From Bacteroidales bacterium (lineage in GTDB: Bacteria > Bacteroidota > Bacteroidia > Bacteroidales > B18-G4): a stretch of 64,000 bases of DNA. A model generated the notes under the pieces. It had not been told where the DNA came from, did no database searches, and saw nothing but the letters and a program-made list of their open reading frames with translations. This document shows, in pieces, positions 16,894-28,756 of the stretch; position 1 is the first letter of the stretch, and the number at the start of each line of letters is the position of its first letter. The stretch lies in NCBI GenBank assembly GCA_018401355.1, contig JAGYLD010000001.1, positions 7,022 to 71,021 on the forward strand, written 5' to 3'. Made by a program: the position numbers and the translations under genes.

Positions 16894-17226
16894 ATGGAAA
16901 ATTTACTCAGTATTCTTTTGTTTATGCCCCAGGGCGAAGGTGGTGAAGGTGGTGGATTCATGCAGTTTCTGCCACTGTTGCTGATCATCGTTGTATTTTA
17001 TCTGTTTTTCATCCGTCCCCAGATGAAAAAATCAAAAGACCAGAAGAAATTCAGAGAATCACTCAAGAAAGGGGAAAAGGTTGTAACCATTGGAGGTATC
17101 CACGGAAAAATCACTGATGTTAAGGACAATACAGTTACAATAGACGTTGGAAATCAAAACCTGATGACTTTTGAAAAGTCTGCAGTCGCCATGGATTCTT
17201 CATCCAGGATTGATCAGAAAAATTAA
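16894..17226 (+). CDS. yajC: Preprotein translocase subunit YajC
   Basis: FYLFFIRPQ and KGEKVVTIGGIHG. Confidence 0.95.
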   Translation: MENLLSILLFMPQGEGGEGGGFMQFLPLLLIIVVFYLFFIRPQMKKSKDQKKFRESLKKGEKVVTIGGIHGKITDVKDNTVTIDVGNQNLMTFEKSAVAMDSSSRIDQKN

Positions 17227-17241
17227 TGTTTTAACGAGATA

Positions 17242-18234
17242 TTGAAATCCTCAATAATTGGTTTTATTAAAAGGGCAGGAAAAACCAGGGATGCCAAATA
17301 CAGAAATCAATTGTACGTATTTCTGATTTGCCTTGGGCTTTCAGTTTTCATATGGTTGTTAATAAAAATGTCGCAATCATATGTGACAACCATATCTTAT
17401 AAATATGAGTTTTCCAACACACCTGCCGGCAAAATAATAAGGCCAGATGCAAGGAAGATACAACTCATTGTAAAAGGTAAAGGTGCTGATCTTTTTTCAC
17501 TCAAATACCTCTCCATCAAGCCAAAAATAGTAATCGACCTCGGAAGCACCAGGATCAGGGCAGAAGAAAATTCAGAGCGTTTTTACATATTGCTTAGCTG
17601 GCTGAAACAGAAGTTCACCAACCAGCTCGATCCCGGCTTCCAGATAACCGAAATTCTCCCTGATACATTATTCTTTGAGCAAAGTAGCATCATTACAAAA
17701 AAAATTCCTGTTAATCCTGTAATCGATTTGGAATTCAGGAAACAATTTCTACAATATGACAGTATCATTGTTACTCCATCCTGCATCACCCTACAGGGGC
17801 CGGCTGCTTATATTGACACACTGACATTTTTGAAGACAGAATCCGAATCTATTGATGATCTGCATGAAACAAAAACCGTTAAACTAAAAATTATCAAACC
17901 ATTCAAAGGACCAGATTTTCAATACTCCTCCGACAATGTTGACATCATGGTTCCGGTAGAAAAGTTCACAGAATCAAACATAAAAATTCCTATCATTATT
18001 GAGCCTGGAAATCCGGATGTCCGGATAAAAACATTCCCTGCAGAAGTTACCATAAAGTTTCTTGTCGCTTTAAAAGACTATCCAAGGATAAGCAAAAATC
18101 AGTTCCAGGTTAAAGCAAAATATGATGGCCGGCAAACACAAAAACTTGAACTAAAACTCACTCAAAAACCCTCCTTCGTCCGGTCCGTAAAACTGGAACC
18201 TGTAAGCGTGGATTTTATCATCATGAAAAAATGA
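17242..18234 (+). CDS. YbbR/CdaR-like domain membrane protein
   Basis: N-terminal TM (FLICLGLSVFIWLL), KKIPV, VEKFTE and FPAEV; usual position between yajC and coaE. Confidence 0.75.
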   Translation: MKSSIIGFIKRAGKTRDAKYRNQLYVFLICLGLSVFIWLLIKMSQSYVTTISYKYEFSNTPAGKIIRPDARKIQLIVKGKGADLFSLKYLSIKPKIVIDLGSTRIRAEENSERFYILLSWLKQKFTNQLDPGFQITEILPDTLFFEQSSIITKKIPVNPVIDLEFRKQFLQYDSIIVTPSCITLQGPAAYIDTLTFLKTESESIDDLHETKTVKLKIIKPFKGPDFQYSSDNVDIMVPVEKFTESNIKIPIIIEPGNPDVRIKTFPAEVTIKFLVALKDYPRISKNQFQVKAKYDGRQTQKLELKLTQKPSFVRSVKLEPVSVDFIIMKK

Positions 18235-18821
18235 TCAAGGCAGGAATAACCGGAATTATAGGCAGTGGAAAAAGCACAGTTACAAAGATCTTTGAAATTC
18301 TGGGTGCGAAGATCTACAATGCCGACCAGGAGGCCAAAAGATTGTATCATGATCCTGATGTTATTCAGGAAGTCGCATCAGCCTTCGGGTCTGGAATCCT
18401 TGACCATAACCTGCATGTCAACCTAAAAAAACTTTCGGAAAAAGTTTTCCACAATGCAAATTCCATCGAAAAAATAAATAAAATAATTCATCCAAGGGTC
18501 AAAGCCGCATTGGAAAAATGGATCAAACAGCAGGAAAAATCTTCCATTTTATTGTATGAATCGGCACTATTGTTTGAAAGTGGCTTTTATCAGTTTTTCG
18601 ATAAAAATATCGTTGTAGCTGCACCCGAAGATTTATGCATTATCAGGGTTATGAAAAGAAGCGGGTTAACGGTCGGTGAGATAAAAAAGAGAATGGCACT
18701 GCAAATGACCAATGAACAAAAAATATCCATGGCAGATTATATCATTCACAATGATGGACAATCAATGGTCCTTCCTCAGGTATTAAGATTGCATCGTGAG
18801 CTTGCATTACATGCTCCTTAA
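18231..18821 (+). CDS. coaE: Dephospho-CoA kinase
   Basis: GITGIIGSGKST, ADQEAK, IIHPRV, ESALLFE and ADYIIHND. Confidence 0.93.
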   Translation: MIKAGITGIIGSGKSTVTKIFEILGAKIYNADQEAKRLYHDPDVIQEVASAFGSGILDHNLHVNLKKLSEKVFHNANSIEKINKIIHPRVKAALEKWIKQQEKSSILLYESALLFESGFYQFFDKNIVVAAPEDLCIIRVMKRSGLTVGEIKKRMALQMTNEQKISMADYIIHNDGQSMVLPQVLRLHRELALHAP

Positions 18822-18907
18822 GCACTTCCAACTTCTTATTTATATTTTATATATGTATTATAAACATTTATAAAGTTACCCCCGGAACATCCGGGTTGGT
18901 GAAATTA

Positions 18908-18938
18908 TTGACATTGCCTCCTGATATTCTTAACTTTG
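18908..18938 (+). promoter_or_regulatory. Bacteroidota sigmaA promoter (-33 TTG / -7 TAACTTTG) for the OST-HTH gene
   Basis: TTG at 18908, 20-nt spacer, TAACTTTG at 18931. Confidence 0.65.
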
Positions 18939-19033
18939 TGTAAGATTGGTGACTGTTTATTCTAATTCTTTTATTGCTGTTAATCACTCGGCCTTATATG
19001 CCACATTTTTACATAGATTAAAATAAAAGAAAA

Positions 19034-19258
19034 ATGGATAAAGCTCAAATTCAGGAAATACTGATTGAGGCCATCTCAAAAAATGCAGATGATACAGGAT
19101 GGGCTAACCTTGCAAAGATCGGGGCTATGCTGAGAAAAATGGGATTAAAATATGGAAGATTATCCCGCATGCTCAAGGATTATGAAGAGGTTATCGAAAT
19201 GAAGATTGATGATTCAATTGAACCTCCTGTAGCTTATGCCAAAGTTATTGAGAATTAG
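19034..19258 (+). CDS. Small stand-alone OST-HTH/LOTUS domain protein
   Basis: DDTGWANLAKIGAML...YGRLSRML resembles the LOTUS domain at the C-terminus of NYN-domain proteins; A-rich translation start and own promoter. Confidence 0.7.
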   Translation: MDKAQIQEILIEAISKNADDTGWANLAKIGAMLRKMGLKYGRLSRMLKDYEEVIEMKIDDSIEPPVAYAKVIEN

Positions 19259-19316
19259 TTTTAAAATAAGAAACCGGCCTCAAATTCTTTAAACCGGTAT
19301 TACCGGAAGGGGGATA

Positions 19317-21278
19317 TTATTTTTTCTTCTGAAACTGATTGGGATTGTAACCACGCTTTTTTGCAGCTTCTTCCAGGCGTTTCTGAAAACCAGATTTCTT
19401 TTTGGGTTTCTTTTTATTCTCCTGCAATTTCTCATAGATTTTTTCTTCATTAATGGTCTTCCTGATCACAAACATTTGTCCAAATGTGATAAGGTTCGCC
19501 AGCAAGTAATAATAACTCAGCGCTGAGGCATAATTATTAAATATTCCCAGGAACATTACAGGCATGATGTACATCATGGTTTTCATACCTGGCATTTGAG
19601 TGCTTGAAGATCCCATCATCTGATTATTGATCCTTGTATACATAATAGTAGATACCGTCATCAGTAATGTAAACAAACTTACATGGCTGCCATAGAATGG
19701 GATATTAAAAGGAAGATCCATTATAGAATCATAGCTTGAGAGATCAGTTGCCCAAAGAAAAGGTTGCTGGCGCAATTCTATGGAAGAAGGAAAGAACCTG
19801 AACATGGCCAGTAATATAGGAAGCTGCAATAGCATCGGAACACATCCTGCCATCGGGTTGACCCCGGCTTTTCGGTATAACTCCATGGTAGCTTGCTGCT
19901 TCTTCATAGCATCTTCCTTCTTGGGAAACTTTTTGGAGATCTCATCGATTTCAGGTTTCAGGACACGCATTTTGGCCGTTGACCTGTACATCTTGTATGC
20001 TATAGGCATCAAAACAATTTTCAAAAGAATGGTGAGAACAAGAATGATGATTCCGTAATTCCAACCCAGGCTACCCAGAAAATTAAATACGGGAATAACA
20101 GCAAAGCGGTTTATCCATTGCATAAGGAAGAAACTCCACCCGAGAGGTATCTGACGTTCAAGGTCCAATTTATATGAACGCATTACATTATAGCTAAGCG
20201 GGCCCAGGTAAAAATCCATTTTATAAGCCTGGTTGCCTACTCCATTGTATGGCAAACCCAATGTTACTTCCATAGATTTAAGATACCTGTTGCTTTTTGG
20301 ATCAGGTACCGTGAAAGTTTTCATCACCGGATTCACAAAAAAATCATCGGAGATAATGGTGGAAGAAAAAAAGTGCTGTTTAAAAGAAACCCATTTGATT
20401 TTATCAGTCAATGATTCATAATCATCTTTGGTTTCTGACATGTAATCAACATCCCCATCGCTATATTTATAATAGATCGTAGATCCGTTGAAACGGTCAA
20501 TTGTTTTTTCCTGCATGCGAAGGTTGGCACTCCATAAGAGGTCAATAATATTGCCACTTGAAGAAATCACATCATTCATTCCAACCATGTTAACATCTAA
20601 CCCAACCATGTAATTGTCGGGCTGAACTGTATAAACATACTCGATATATTTGTTTCTGTTATAAGTACCTTCCTGCCCATCAACAAACAAGCGCATGGAA
20701 ACATCAACCGGCCGGCCTTCCTGAGCAATAATTTCTTCATTTCCTTCAACCGGGTTTCCATTCACATAGGCTTTAAAATAAAGGTTATCGGTAAAAATGG
20801 CTTTATTACCGGCAAAAAACTGAAGTCCAAAAACGGATGTATCTGAATCAAAGAGAATAAGAGGCAATGAATCATATGTTTGATAATCCTTCAATTCAGC
20901 TTGGTATATTCTTCCACCCTTTGTGGATAAAGATATCTTCAGAACATCATTTTCCAAAGTGATGTACTCATCCTCACCCAGGGATGACAATGAAAACACA
21001 CCAAAATTTTCCAGGGCCTTTTCTTTGATCAAAGTTGTATCAACAGGCTGTTGAATGTCTTTGGATTTTTTGGCTGACTCTGCAGCAACTTTTCTTTCTG
21101 CTTCCTTTAATATTTTAGCTTTTGTTAGCGAGTCAAGTCTCTTTTCCTGCAACAGAGCAAGGGAATCCTGTATTCGTTGTTGTTTTTCCAGCTCTTCCTC
21201 GGACGGCCTCATCAAAAGGCTCCAGCCAATAAAAATTCCAAATATCAGAACAAGGCCTATAATCGTGTTTCTATTCAT
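19317..21278 (-). CDS. yidC: Membrane protein insertase YidC
   Basis: NYGIIIL, KMRVLKPEI, GVNPMAGCVP, FLWATDLS and large periplasmic domain. Confidence 0.96.
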   Translation of the reverse strand: MNRNTIIGLVLIFGIFIGWSLLMRPSEEELEKQQRIQDSLALLQEKRLDSLTKAKILKEAERKVAAESAKKSKDIQQPVDTTLIKEKALENFGVFSLSSLGEDEYITLENDVLKISLSTKGGRIYQAELKDYQTYDSLPLILFDSDTSVFGLQFFAGNKAIFTDNLYFKAYVNGNPVEGNEEIIAQEGRPVDVSMRLFVDGQEGTYNRNKYIEYVYTVQPDNYMVGLDVNMVGMNDVISSSGNIIDLLWSANLRMQEKTIDRFNGSTIYYKYSDGDVDYMSETKDDYESLTDKIKWVSFKQHFFSSTIISDDFFVNPVMKTFTVPDPKSNRYLKSMEVTLGLPYNGVGNQAYKMDFYLGPLSYNVMRSYKLDLERQIPLGWSFFLMQWINRFAVIPVFNFLGSLGWNYGIIILVLTILLKIVLMPIAYKMYRSTAKMRVLKPEIDEISKKFPKKEDAMKKQQATMELYRKAGVNPMAGCVPMLLQLPILLAMFRFFPSSIELRQQPFLWATDLSSYDSIMDLPFNIPFYGSHVSLFTLLMTVSTIMYTRINNQMMGSSSTQMPGMKTMMYIMPVMFLGIFNNYASALSYYYLLANLITFGQMFVIRKTINEEKIYEKLQENKKKPKKKSGFQKRLEEAAKKRGYNPNQFQKKK

Positions 21279-21354
21279 CAGAAAGGGAATATTTTTCAGA
21301 TCGGCAAAGTTAGTCCAAATACTTTAAAATGGAAAGTGACACAAACATTAATCA

Positions 21355-23010
<1,656 letters not shown>

Positions 23011-23079
23011 TTAACAGAAAAGTAAGTTTCTGATAATTTTCAAATAGTATTATCGATACAACACTGATTAGATCCAATC

Positions 23080-24558
23080 TTAATAATACCGGAATCTTTT
23101 TACTTTTGCAATATGTTTTGCCAACCGTATAACCTGGATTGAATAACCAAACTCATTATCGTACCACAAATAGATCATAATATTTTTCCCGTCAGCTGAA
23201 ACAACTGTGGCAGGTGAATCATAAATGGCAGTCACAGGGTCACCTATAAAATCACTTGAGACCGATTCGTTAGATGCAGAATATCTGATTTGCTCAACCA
23301 GGGGACCATTCAATGCAGCATCTTTCATGATATCATCTAGCTTTTCACGTGTCACTTCCTTTTCAATATTGAGCGACAAAATGGCCAATGATACATTTGG
23401 AACGGGTACCCTGACTGCGTTGGCTGTCAACTTTCCTTTTAAAGAAGGTATTGCTTTTGCTGCAGCAGAGCCAGCTCCTGTTGAGGTAATGACCATATTT
23501 GTTGGTGCAGCCCTCCCCCTTCTTGGTTTTTTATGATAATTGTCAATGAGGTTCTGATCATTCGTATAAGCATGAATGGTTTCAAGATGTCCTTTTACTA
23601 TGCCCAGCCTATTTTCAATAACATGAAGTGTGGGCACAATTGCGTTGGTTGTACATGAAGCTGCGGAAAAAACATTTTCCCCTTCTACATCAAGGTCCTT
23701 GTGATTTATTCCATATACAATGTTAGGAACATCTCCTTTTGCCGGCGCCGTAAATAAGACTTTACTGATGCCTTTTGAGTTAAGGTGCCTGCTAAGACCT
23801 TCCCTGTCTTTGAAGATTCCTGTATTGTCAATAAGGATTGCATCTTTGATGCCATATTTTTCATAATCTATCTCTTCAGGACTGCTACCTTCCAGCATTT
23901 TTACAATGTGGCCGTTTATATATATTTCGTTTTTATCTACATTTTCAATAACATTTCCCCTGAAGGGACCATGAATTGAATCATGGCGAATAAGAGAAGC
24001 CCTTTTTCGAATATCCTCAGGTGTAACTTTTCTTGTAACTACAGCACGTACCCTTAACTGAGTTCCGTTCCCCTGAATTATCAACTCCCTCAGTAACAAT
24101 CGACCGATCCTTCCGAATCCAAAAAGGACTACGTCCCTTGGAGCATTAAAAGGTGGCTCTTTCCCTATCATATAGCTAAGTTTGTCTTTGACAAACTCCT
24201 TTACATTCGAATATTTCTTACCTTGTGTTACCCATTCATGATTCAACCTGCCAACATCTATTCTGGCCTGCCTTATATCCAGATCCATGATCACATTGGC
24301 AATGAACAAAGAATCTGCAATATTCAAGGTCTGACCAATTACTGTTTTGGCATATGAGTGCTTAAACAAAATAACACTTGCACTCCTGTCAATTAACTGA
24401 CTTCTGAAAAAGATAAGTTCAACTGATTTGTCGATAAAAAGTTTACCTACAACACTTACAAATTCCAACCCGTTTTTTTCCTCTTCATTCCATTTCTCAA
24501 GAGATTCAGCGAAATGATTTTCACCAGACCCCATGCTTTTTTCATTGAAATCTACCAT
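23080..24558 (-). CDS. gap: Type I glyceraldehyde-3-phosphate dehydrogenase, long form with N-terminal extension
   Basis: GFGRIGR, ASCTTN, HAYTNDQ, RVPVPNVS and WYDNEFGY; about 130-aa extension before the Rossmann fold; start ATG 24558 is probable. Confidence 0.92.
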   Translation of the reverse strand: MVDFNEKSMGSGENHFAESLEKWNEEEKNGLEFVSVVGKLFIDKSVELIFFRSQLIDRSASVILFKHSYAKTVIGQTLNIADSLFIANVIMDLDIRQARIDVGRLNHEWVTQGKKYSNVKEFVKDKLSYMIGKEPPFNAPRDVVLFGFGRIGRLLLRELIIQGNGTQLRVRAVVTRKVTPEDIRKRASLIRHDSIHGPFRGNVIENVDKNEIYINGHIVKMLEGSSPEEIDYEKYGIKDAILIDNTGIFKDREGLSRHLNSKGISKVLFTAPAKGDVPNIVYGINHKDLDVEGENVFSAASCTTNAIVPTLHVIENRLGIVKGHLETIHAYTNDQNLIDNYHKKPRRGRAAPTNMVITSTGAGSAAAKAIPSLKGKLTANAVRVPVPNVSLAILSLNIEKEVTREKLDDIMKDAALNGPLVEQIRYSASNESVSSDFIGDPVTAIYDSPATVVSADGKNIMIYLWYDNEFGYSIQVIRLAKHIAKVKRFRYY

Positions 24559-24615
24559 AACCTGTTTTTTTTCATTATTAATTCTAGGAAGTGAAAACAA
24601 CTTATCAAAAATAAA

Positions 24616-24654
24616 AAAAAGGGATTACAAATCTATTATTTGTAATCCCTTTTT
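24616..24654 (-). terminator. Rho-independent terminator of rpoD
   Basis: Perfect 12-bp stem GGGATTACAAAT/ATTTGTAATCCC flanked by A and T runs. Confidence 0.9.
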
Positions 24655-24671
24655 AATGAAATAATTTCAAC

Positions 24672-25538
24672 CTATTCGCCCAGGTATGCTTTTAAAAGTT
24701 TACTTCTGGAAGTATGTTTCAATCTCCTTATCGCTTTCTCTTTAATTTGCCTTACCCTTTCACGCGTGAGGTCAAACTTTGCCCCTATTTCTTCCAGTGT
24801 TAAACCATGATTCATTCCAATACCATAGTAGAGGTTAATCACATCCCTCTCCTTATCAGTAAGCGTTGCCAATGAGCGTTGAATCTCTTTATTCAGAGAT
24901 TCCCGCATCAATGTAGAATCTGTTGAAGGGCCATCATCATTGACAAAAACATCCAGGAATTTGGTATCATCTTCAGGATTTATCGGTGCATCCATGGAGA
25001 TGTACTTTGTAGTAATTTTCATCGCTTTATCAATCTTGTACTCTGGCATCTCCATCAATTCAGCGATTTCATCGACAGATGGTTTGCGTTCGTATTCCTG
25101 CTCAAGCTTGGATGTTGCCTTTTTGATTTTATTCAATGAGCCTACCTGGTTCAGTGGTAACCTGACAAGCCTCGACTGTTCAGCTAAAGCCTGTAAAATT
25201 GATTGACGTATCCACCATACAGCATAGGAAATAAACTTAAAACCCCTCGTTTCATCAAATCTCTTGGCCGCTTTTATCAAACCCAAATTTCCTTCATTGA
25301 TCAAATCCGGTAAGGATAATCCCTGGTTTTGATATTGCTTTGCAACAGATACTACAAACCTCAGATTAGCCCTGGTAAGCTTTTCAAGTGCGGTTTGATC
25401 CCCCTGTTTGATTCTTTTGGCTAATTCAACTTCCTCGTCGGCGGTGATAAGTTCTTCTTTTCCAATATCCTGTAAGTATTTGTCAAGGGATGCTGTCTCA
25501 CGGTTGGTAATGGATTTGGTGATTTTTAATTGCCTCAT
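24672..25538 (-). CDS. rpoD: Primary sigma factor RpoD/SigA, Bacteroidota short type
   Basis: [13 protein letters not shown] start (ATG 25538), [34 protein letters not shown] and [12 protein letters not shown]. Confidence 0.96.
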   Translation of the reverse strand: MRQLKITKSITNRETASLDKYLQDIGKEELITADEEVELAKRIKQGDQTALEKLTRANLRFVVSVAKQYQNQGLSLPDLINEGNLGLIKAAKRFDETRGFKFISYAVWWIRQSILQALAEQSRLVRLPLNQVGSLNKIKKATSKLEQEYERKPSVDEIAELMEMPEYKIDKAMKITTKYISMDAPINPEDDTKFLDVFVNDDGPSTDSTLMRESLNKEIQRSLATLTDKERDVINLYYGIGMNHGLTLEEIGAKFDLTRERVRQIKEKAIRRLKHTSRSKLLKAYLGE

Positions 25539-25708
25539 ATTCTCCTTTCTTCGATCCTTAAAAAAATACTTATAATCTGAAGAACTTAATTTTTCAAAAA
25601 TGACCCGCAAATATACGAAAAATTAAGCTTTTCTAAAAATTTTTAACGTAAAAAGTTTCAATATATTACCAAATTGTTTAAAAACAATCTAAATATAAAC
25701 AAGTTAAG

Positions 25709-27181
25709 TTACAAACCAAATTCATATGTCACACGCATACCATTGGGATATACTCCCTGGATTTTTATGGAATTTAAACTTGAATTGATGGCAGATTCAA
25801 GATTATCCTTTGAACTAACATCTCTGTCGTTCACTCTTACAATGATAAAACCTTTACGAATGCCTCCATTTCTTAATATTCCATCTTCAACACCTGCAAC
25901 CTTCAGTCCGTTTGGTATCATATATATTCTTTTGTCTTCATCAGAAATTTTTTGGAGGGTGGCACCGAGCGACTCAACAAAAAATTTCTCTTCTTTTTTT
26001 ACAACAGATATCGTACCATCTTCATTCCGGAGCTCCACATTATACCTCAGGGCTTTTCCATCCCTTCTGACTTCAACAGCAACCCTGTCACCTGGTCGGA
26101 ACTGTCCTACCACCTCCAGCAATTGTGAAAGTGTATTTACATCAATGCCATTTACTTTTGTAATTACATCACCTTCCCTGATACCAGCCTTCTCCGCACC
26201 ACTGTTATCTGATATGGCTTCAACATAAACGCCGGTAAGCTCTTCCAAGCCACGGTCGTTTGCGAACTTGTTATCTATTTCCCGTGGGACGATACCAATA
26301 TAAGCTCGCTGAACTTCACCATACAAAAGAATATCATCCACGACCTTTTTAACAATATTTACGGGTATCGCAAAAGAATATCCGGTGTATGACCCAGTAT
26401 TACTTGCAATGGCAGCATTAATCCCAATCAGTTCCCCATCTGTATTTACCAGAGCCCCACCACTGTTACCTCTGTTAACTGCGGCATCTGTCTGAATAAA
26501 TGATTCAATACTGGATCGTGCACCCAGAATGTTAATGTTTCTTGCCTTGGCACTTACAATGCCTGCCGTAACTGTTGATGTGAGATTAAATGGGTTGCCA
26601 ACAGCCAAAACCCATTCTCCGATATGCACGTCGTCAGAGTTTCCATAAATAAGAAAAGGAAGGTTTTCCTCTTCAATTTTAATCACTGCTAAGTCTGTTG
26701 AAGGATCTGTACCTACAATCTCAGCCTGAAAAACCCTTTTATCATTGAGCGTTACCTCAACCAATTCAGCACCTTGAACCACATGATTGTTGGTAACAAT
26801 GAATCCTTCCGGAGAAATAATCACCCCGCTTCCCCATCCGGAGATTGGATAAGAATGATTATATTTGGGCCTGTAGTCATATCCGAAGTATTCCCTCAAA
26901 GCTCCAAAGAAATCATCATATACATTGCTTTTCCTCAAAAACTGCGAGCGAATGTGGACAACCGCATCCACTGTCCTCTCAGCTGCCCGTACAAAATCAG
27001 TTCCGCCGGAAACCATCACAGGGGTATAACTGGCAGGCTGGATCGCAACGGGCGCCGGTTCCTGAATCCTGTTTAAATGACTTTCGGATGAAACAGTATC
27101 CCGTGTGTTGGAAAAAATCACAAAAAAAACTATTCCACCAAGAAAAAATGCAAGGATTCCTATCAATACCCTATTCATCAT
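25709..27181 (-). CDS. Do/DegP/DegQ family serine protease with PDZ domains
   Basis: GSGVII, TNNHV, TDLAV and GNSGGAL catalytic triad motifs; PDZ domains; N-terminal TM. Confidence 0.93.
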   Translation of the reverse strand: MMNRVLIGILAFFLGGIVFFVIFSNTRDTVSSESHLNRIQEPAPVAIQPASYTPVMVSGGTDFVRAAERTVDAVVHIRSQFLRKSNVYDDFFGALREYFGYDYRPKYNHSYPISGWGSGVIISPEGFIVTNNHVVQGAELVEVTLNDKRVFQAEIVGTDPSTDLAVIKIEEENLPFLIYGNSDDVHIGEWVLAVGNPFNLTSTVTAGIVSAKARNINILGARSSIESFIQTDAAVNRGNSGGALVNTDGELIGINAAIASNTGSYTGYSFAIPVNIVKKVVDDILLYGEVQRAYIGIVPREIDNKFANDRGLEELTGVYVEAISDNSGAEKAGIREGDVITKVNGIDVNTLSQLLEVVGQFRPGDRVAVEVRRDGKALRYNVELRNEDGTISVVKKEEKFFVESLGATLQKISDEDKRIYMIPNGLKVAGVEDGILRNGGIRKGFIIVRVNDRDVSSKDNLESAINSSLNSIKIQGVYPNGMRVTYEFGL

Positions 27182-27341
27182 AACATAAATTTTAACATTA
27201 ATTATCCAGATTTGTTCAGATTATAAACAAATAACGCGAAAACATCCTTATAGTTGACATCTGTGCTGTTAAGAATTGTTAAATTTATCTTTAGGTCCAT
27301 AAGAAAATATCGTATTATTACAAACAGAATTAATTGGCAAA

Positions 27342-28136
27342 ATGGACATACAATTTACAAAATTCCAGGGAACAGGCAACGATTTTATTCTTATTGACAA
27401 CAGAAAAAGTTTTTTCAAAAAGGACACCGGCCTTATCAGTTCATTGTGCAACAGAAATTTTGGCATCGGATCCGATGGTATTATTTTCCTGGAAAATGGT
27501 ACAGGCTATGATTTTAAAATGGATTTTTTTAATCCCGATGGCAGTCATGCAGAAATGTGTGGTAATGGTGCAAGATGCATAACAAGCTTTGCGAAAGAAA
27601 TTGGCATAAAAAAACATGAATATATTTTTCTTGCCGGAGACGGAGCACACCGCAGCAGGATCATCTCTGTTGATGGGCAAAAGTCCATAGTTCGTGTTAC
27701 AATGAAAGATCCCAGATTATTGGAAGAAGGAGCAAATTATATTGATTTAAACACAGGAACACCGCACCATGTGTTGATGATGGATGAGCAATACAGTTTA
27801 CGAACATTGGAAGAGATCGCCATTGCAATCAAAAAAGATAAAAAATTTAACAAAGAAGGCATAAACATTGACTTTGTGTGGAAGTGTGAAGATCACATCA
27901 AAGTAAAGACATTTGAAAGAGGTGTTAATGGCTTCACACTTTCCTGTGGTACCGGAGTAACAGCGTCTGCATTGGCCGCAAACAAAAAGGGCATCATTGG
28001 CCAGCCTGTTAAGGTTTCTACAGACGGAGGCAACCTCATGGTCGGGTTTGAAAGATCTGGAAATGAATTCAACAACATTTGGCTCGAAGGACCAGCGGAA
28101 AAAGTATTTAAAGGCACCATAAAGGTTGATGGTTAA
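27342..28136 (+). CDS. dapF: Diaminopimelate epimerase
   Basis: GTGNDF, GIGSDG, MCGNGARC, GTPH and ERGV..TLSCGTG. Confidence 0.95.
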   Translation: MDIQFTKFQGTGNDFILIDNRKSFFKKDTGLISSLCNRNFGIGSDGIIFLENGTGYDFKMDFFNPDGSHAEMCGNGARCITSFAKEIGIKKHEYIFLAGDGAHRSRIISVDGQKSIVRVTMKDPRLLEEGANYIDLNTGTPHHVLMMDEQYSLRTLEEIAIAIKKDKKFNKEGINIDFVWKCEDHIKVKTFERGVNGFTLSCGTGVTASALAANKKGIIGQPVKVSTDGGNLMVGFERSGNEFNNIWLEGPAEKVFKGTIKVDG

Positions 28137-28195
28137 AGCTTTTACCAAATCAATCCCATCGTTGATTCAGACAGAATTATTAACTTTACCGCTAA

Positions 28196-28756
28196 ATGTC
28201 AACCAAAAATTTACAAGCCATGCTCAAATCTCAGACCATTTCATTGAGGGCGCCTGAACTTTCTGATGTTGACCAACTTTACGAATGGGAAAATGATGAA
28301 AGCATCTGGTTGCTGAGCAACACAATAACACCTTTTTCCAGGTTTGCATTGGAACAGTATATCTTAAATTCACATGAAGATATTTTCAGTTCCAGACAAC
28401 TCAGATTGATGATTGATTTAACTGATGAAGAAAAACAAGGTATTAGAACAATAGGTGCTATTGATCTTTTTGATTTTGACCCTGCAAACAGAAGAGCAGG
28501 AATAGGCATCCTGATAATCAGGGATGAAAGAGGAAAAGGATATGCCAGTAAAGCCCTGGACATGGTTGTCCGTTATGCCTTTAAGAAACTTGGACTTCAC
28601 CAGATATACAGCAATGTCATGAAAGGCCATGAGTCCAGCCTGGAGTTGTTCAGGAAACATAATTTCGAAGTAACTGGTTTGAAAAAAGATTGGCTTAAAG
28701 TTAATAATACCTGGGTTGATGAATACTTATTACAACTCATAAATCCCGAAAAGTAA
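28196..28756 (+). CDS. GNAT N-acetyltransferase (RimJ/RimL/SpeG-like)
   Basis: LYEWEND, QLRLMI, IDLFDFDP, RGKGYA and LHQIY. Confidence 0.85.
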   Translation: MSTKNLQAMLKSQTISLRAPELSDVDQLYEWENDESIWLLSNTITPFSRFALEQYILNSHEDIFSSRQLRLMIDLTDEEKQGIRTIGAIDLFDFDPANRRAGIGILIIRDERGKGYASKALDMVVRYAFKKLGLHQIYSNVMKGHESSLELFRKHNFEVTGLKKDWLKVNNTWVDEYLLQLINPEK

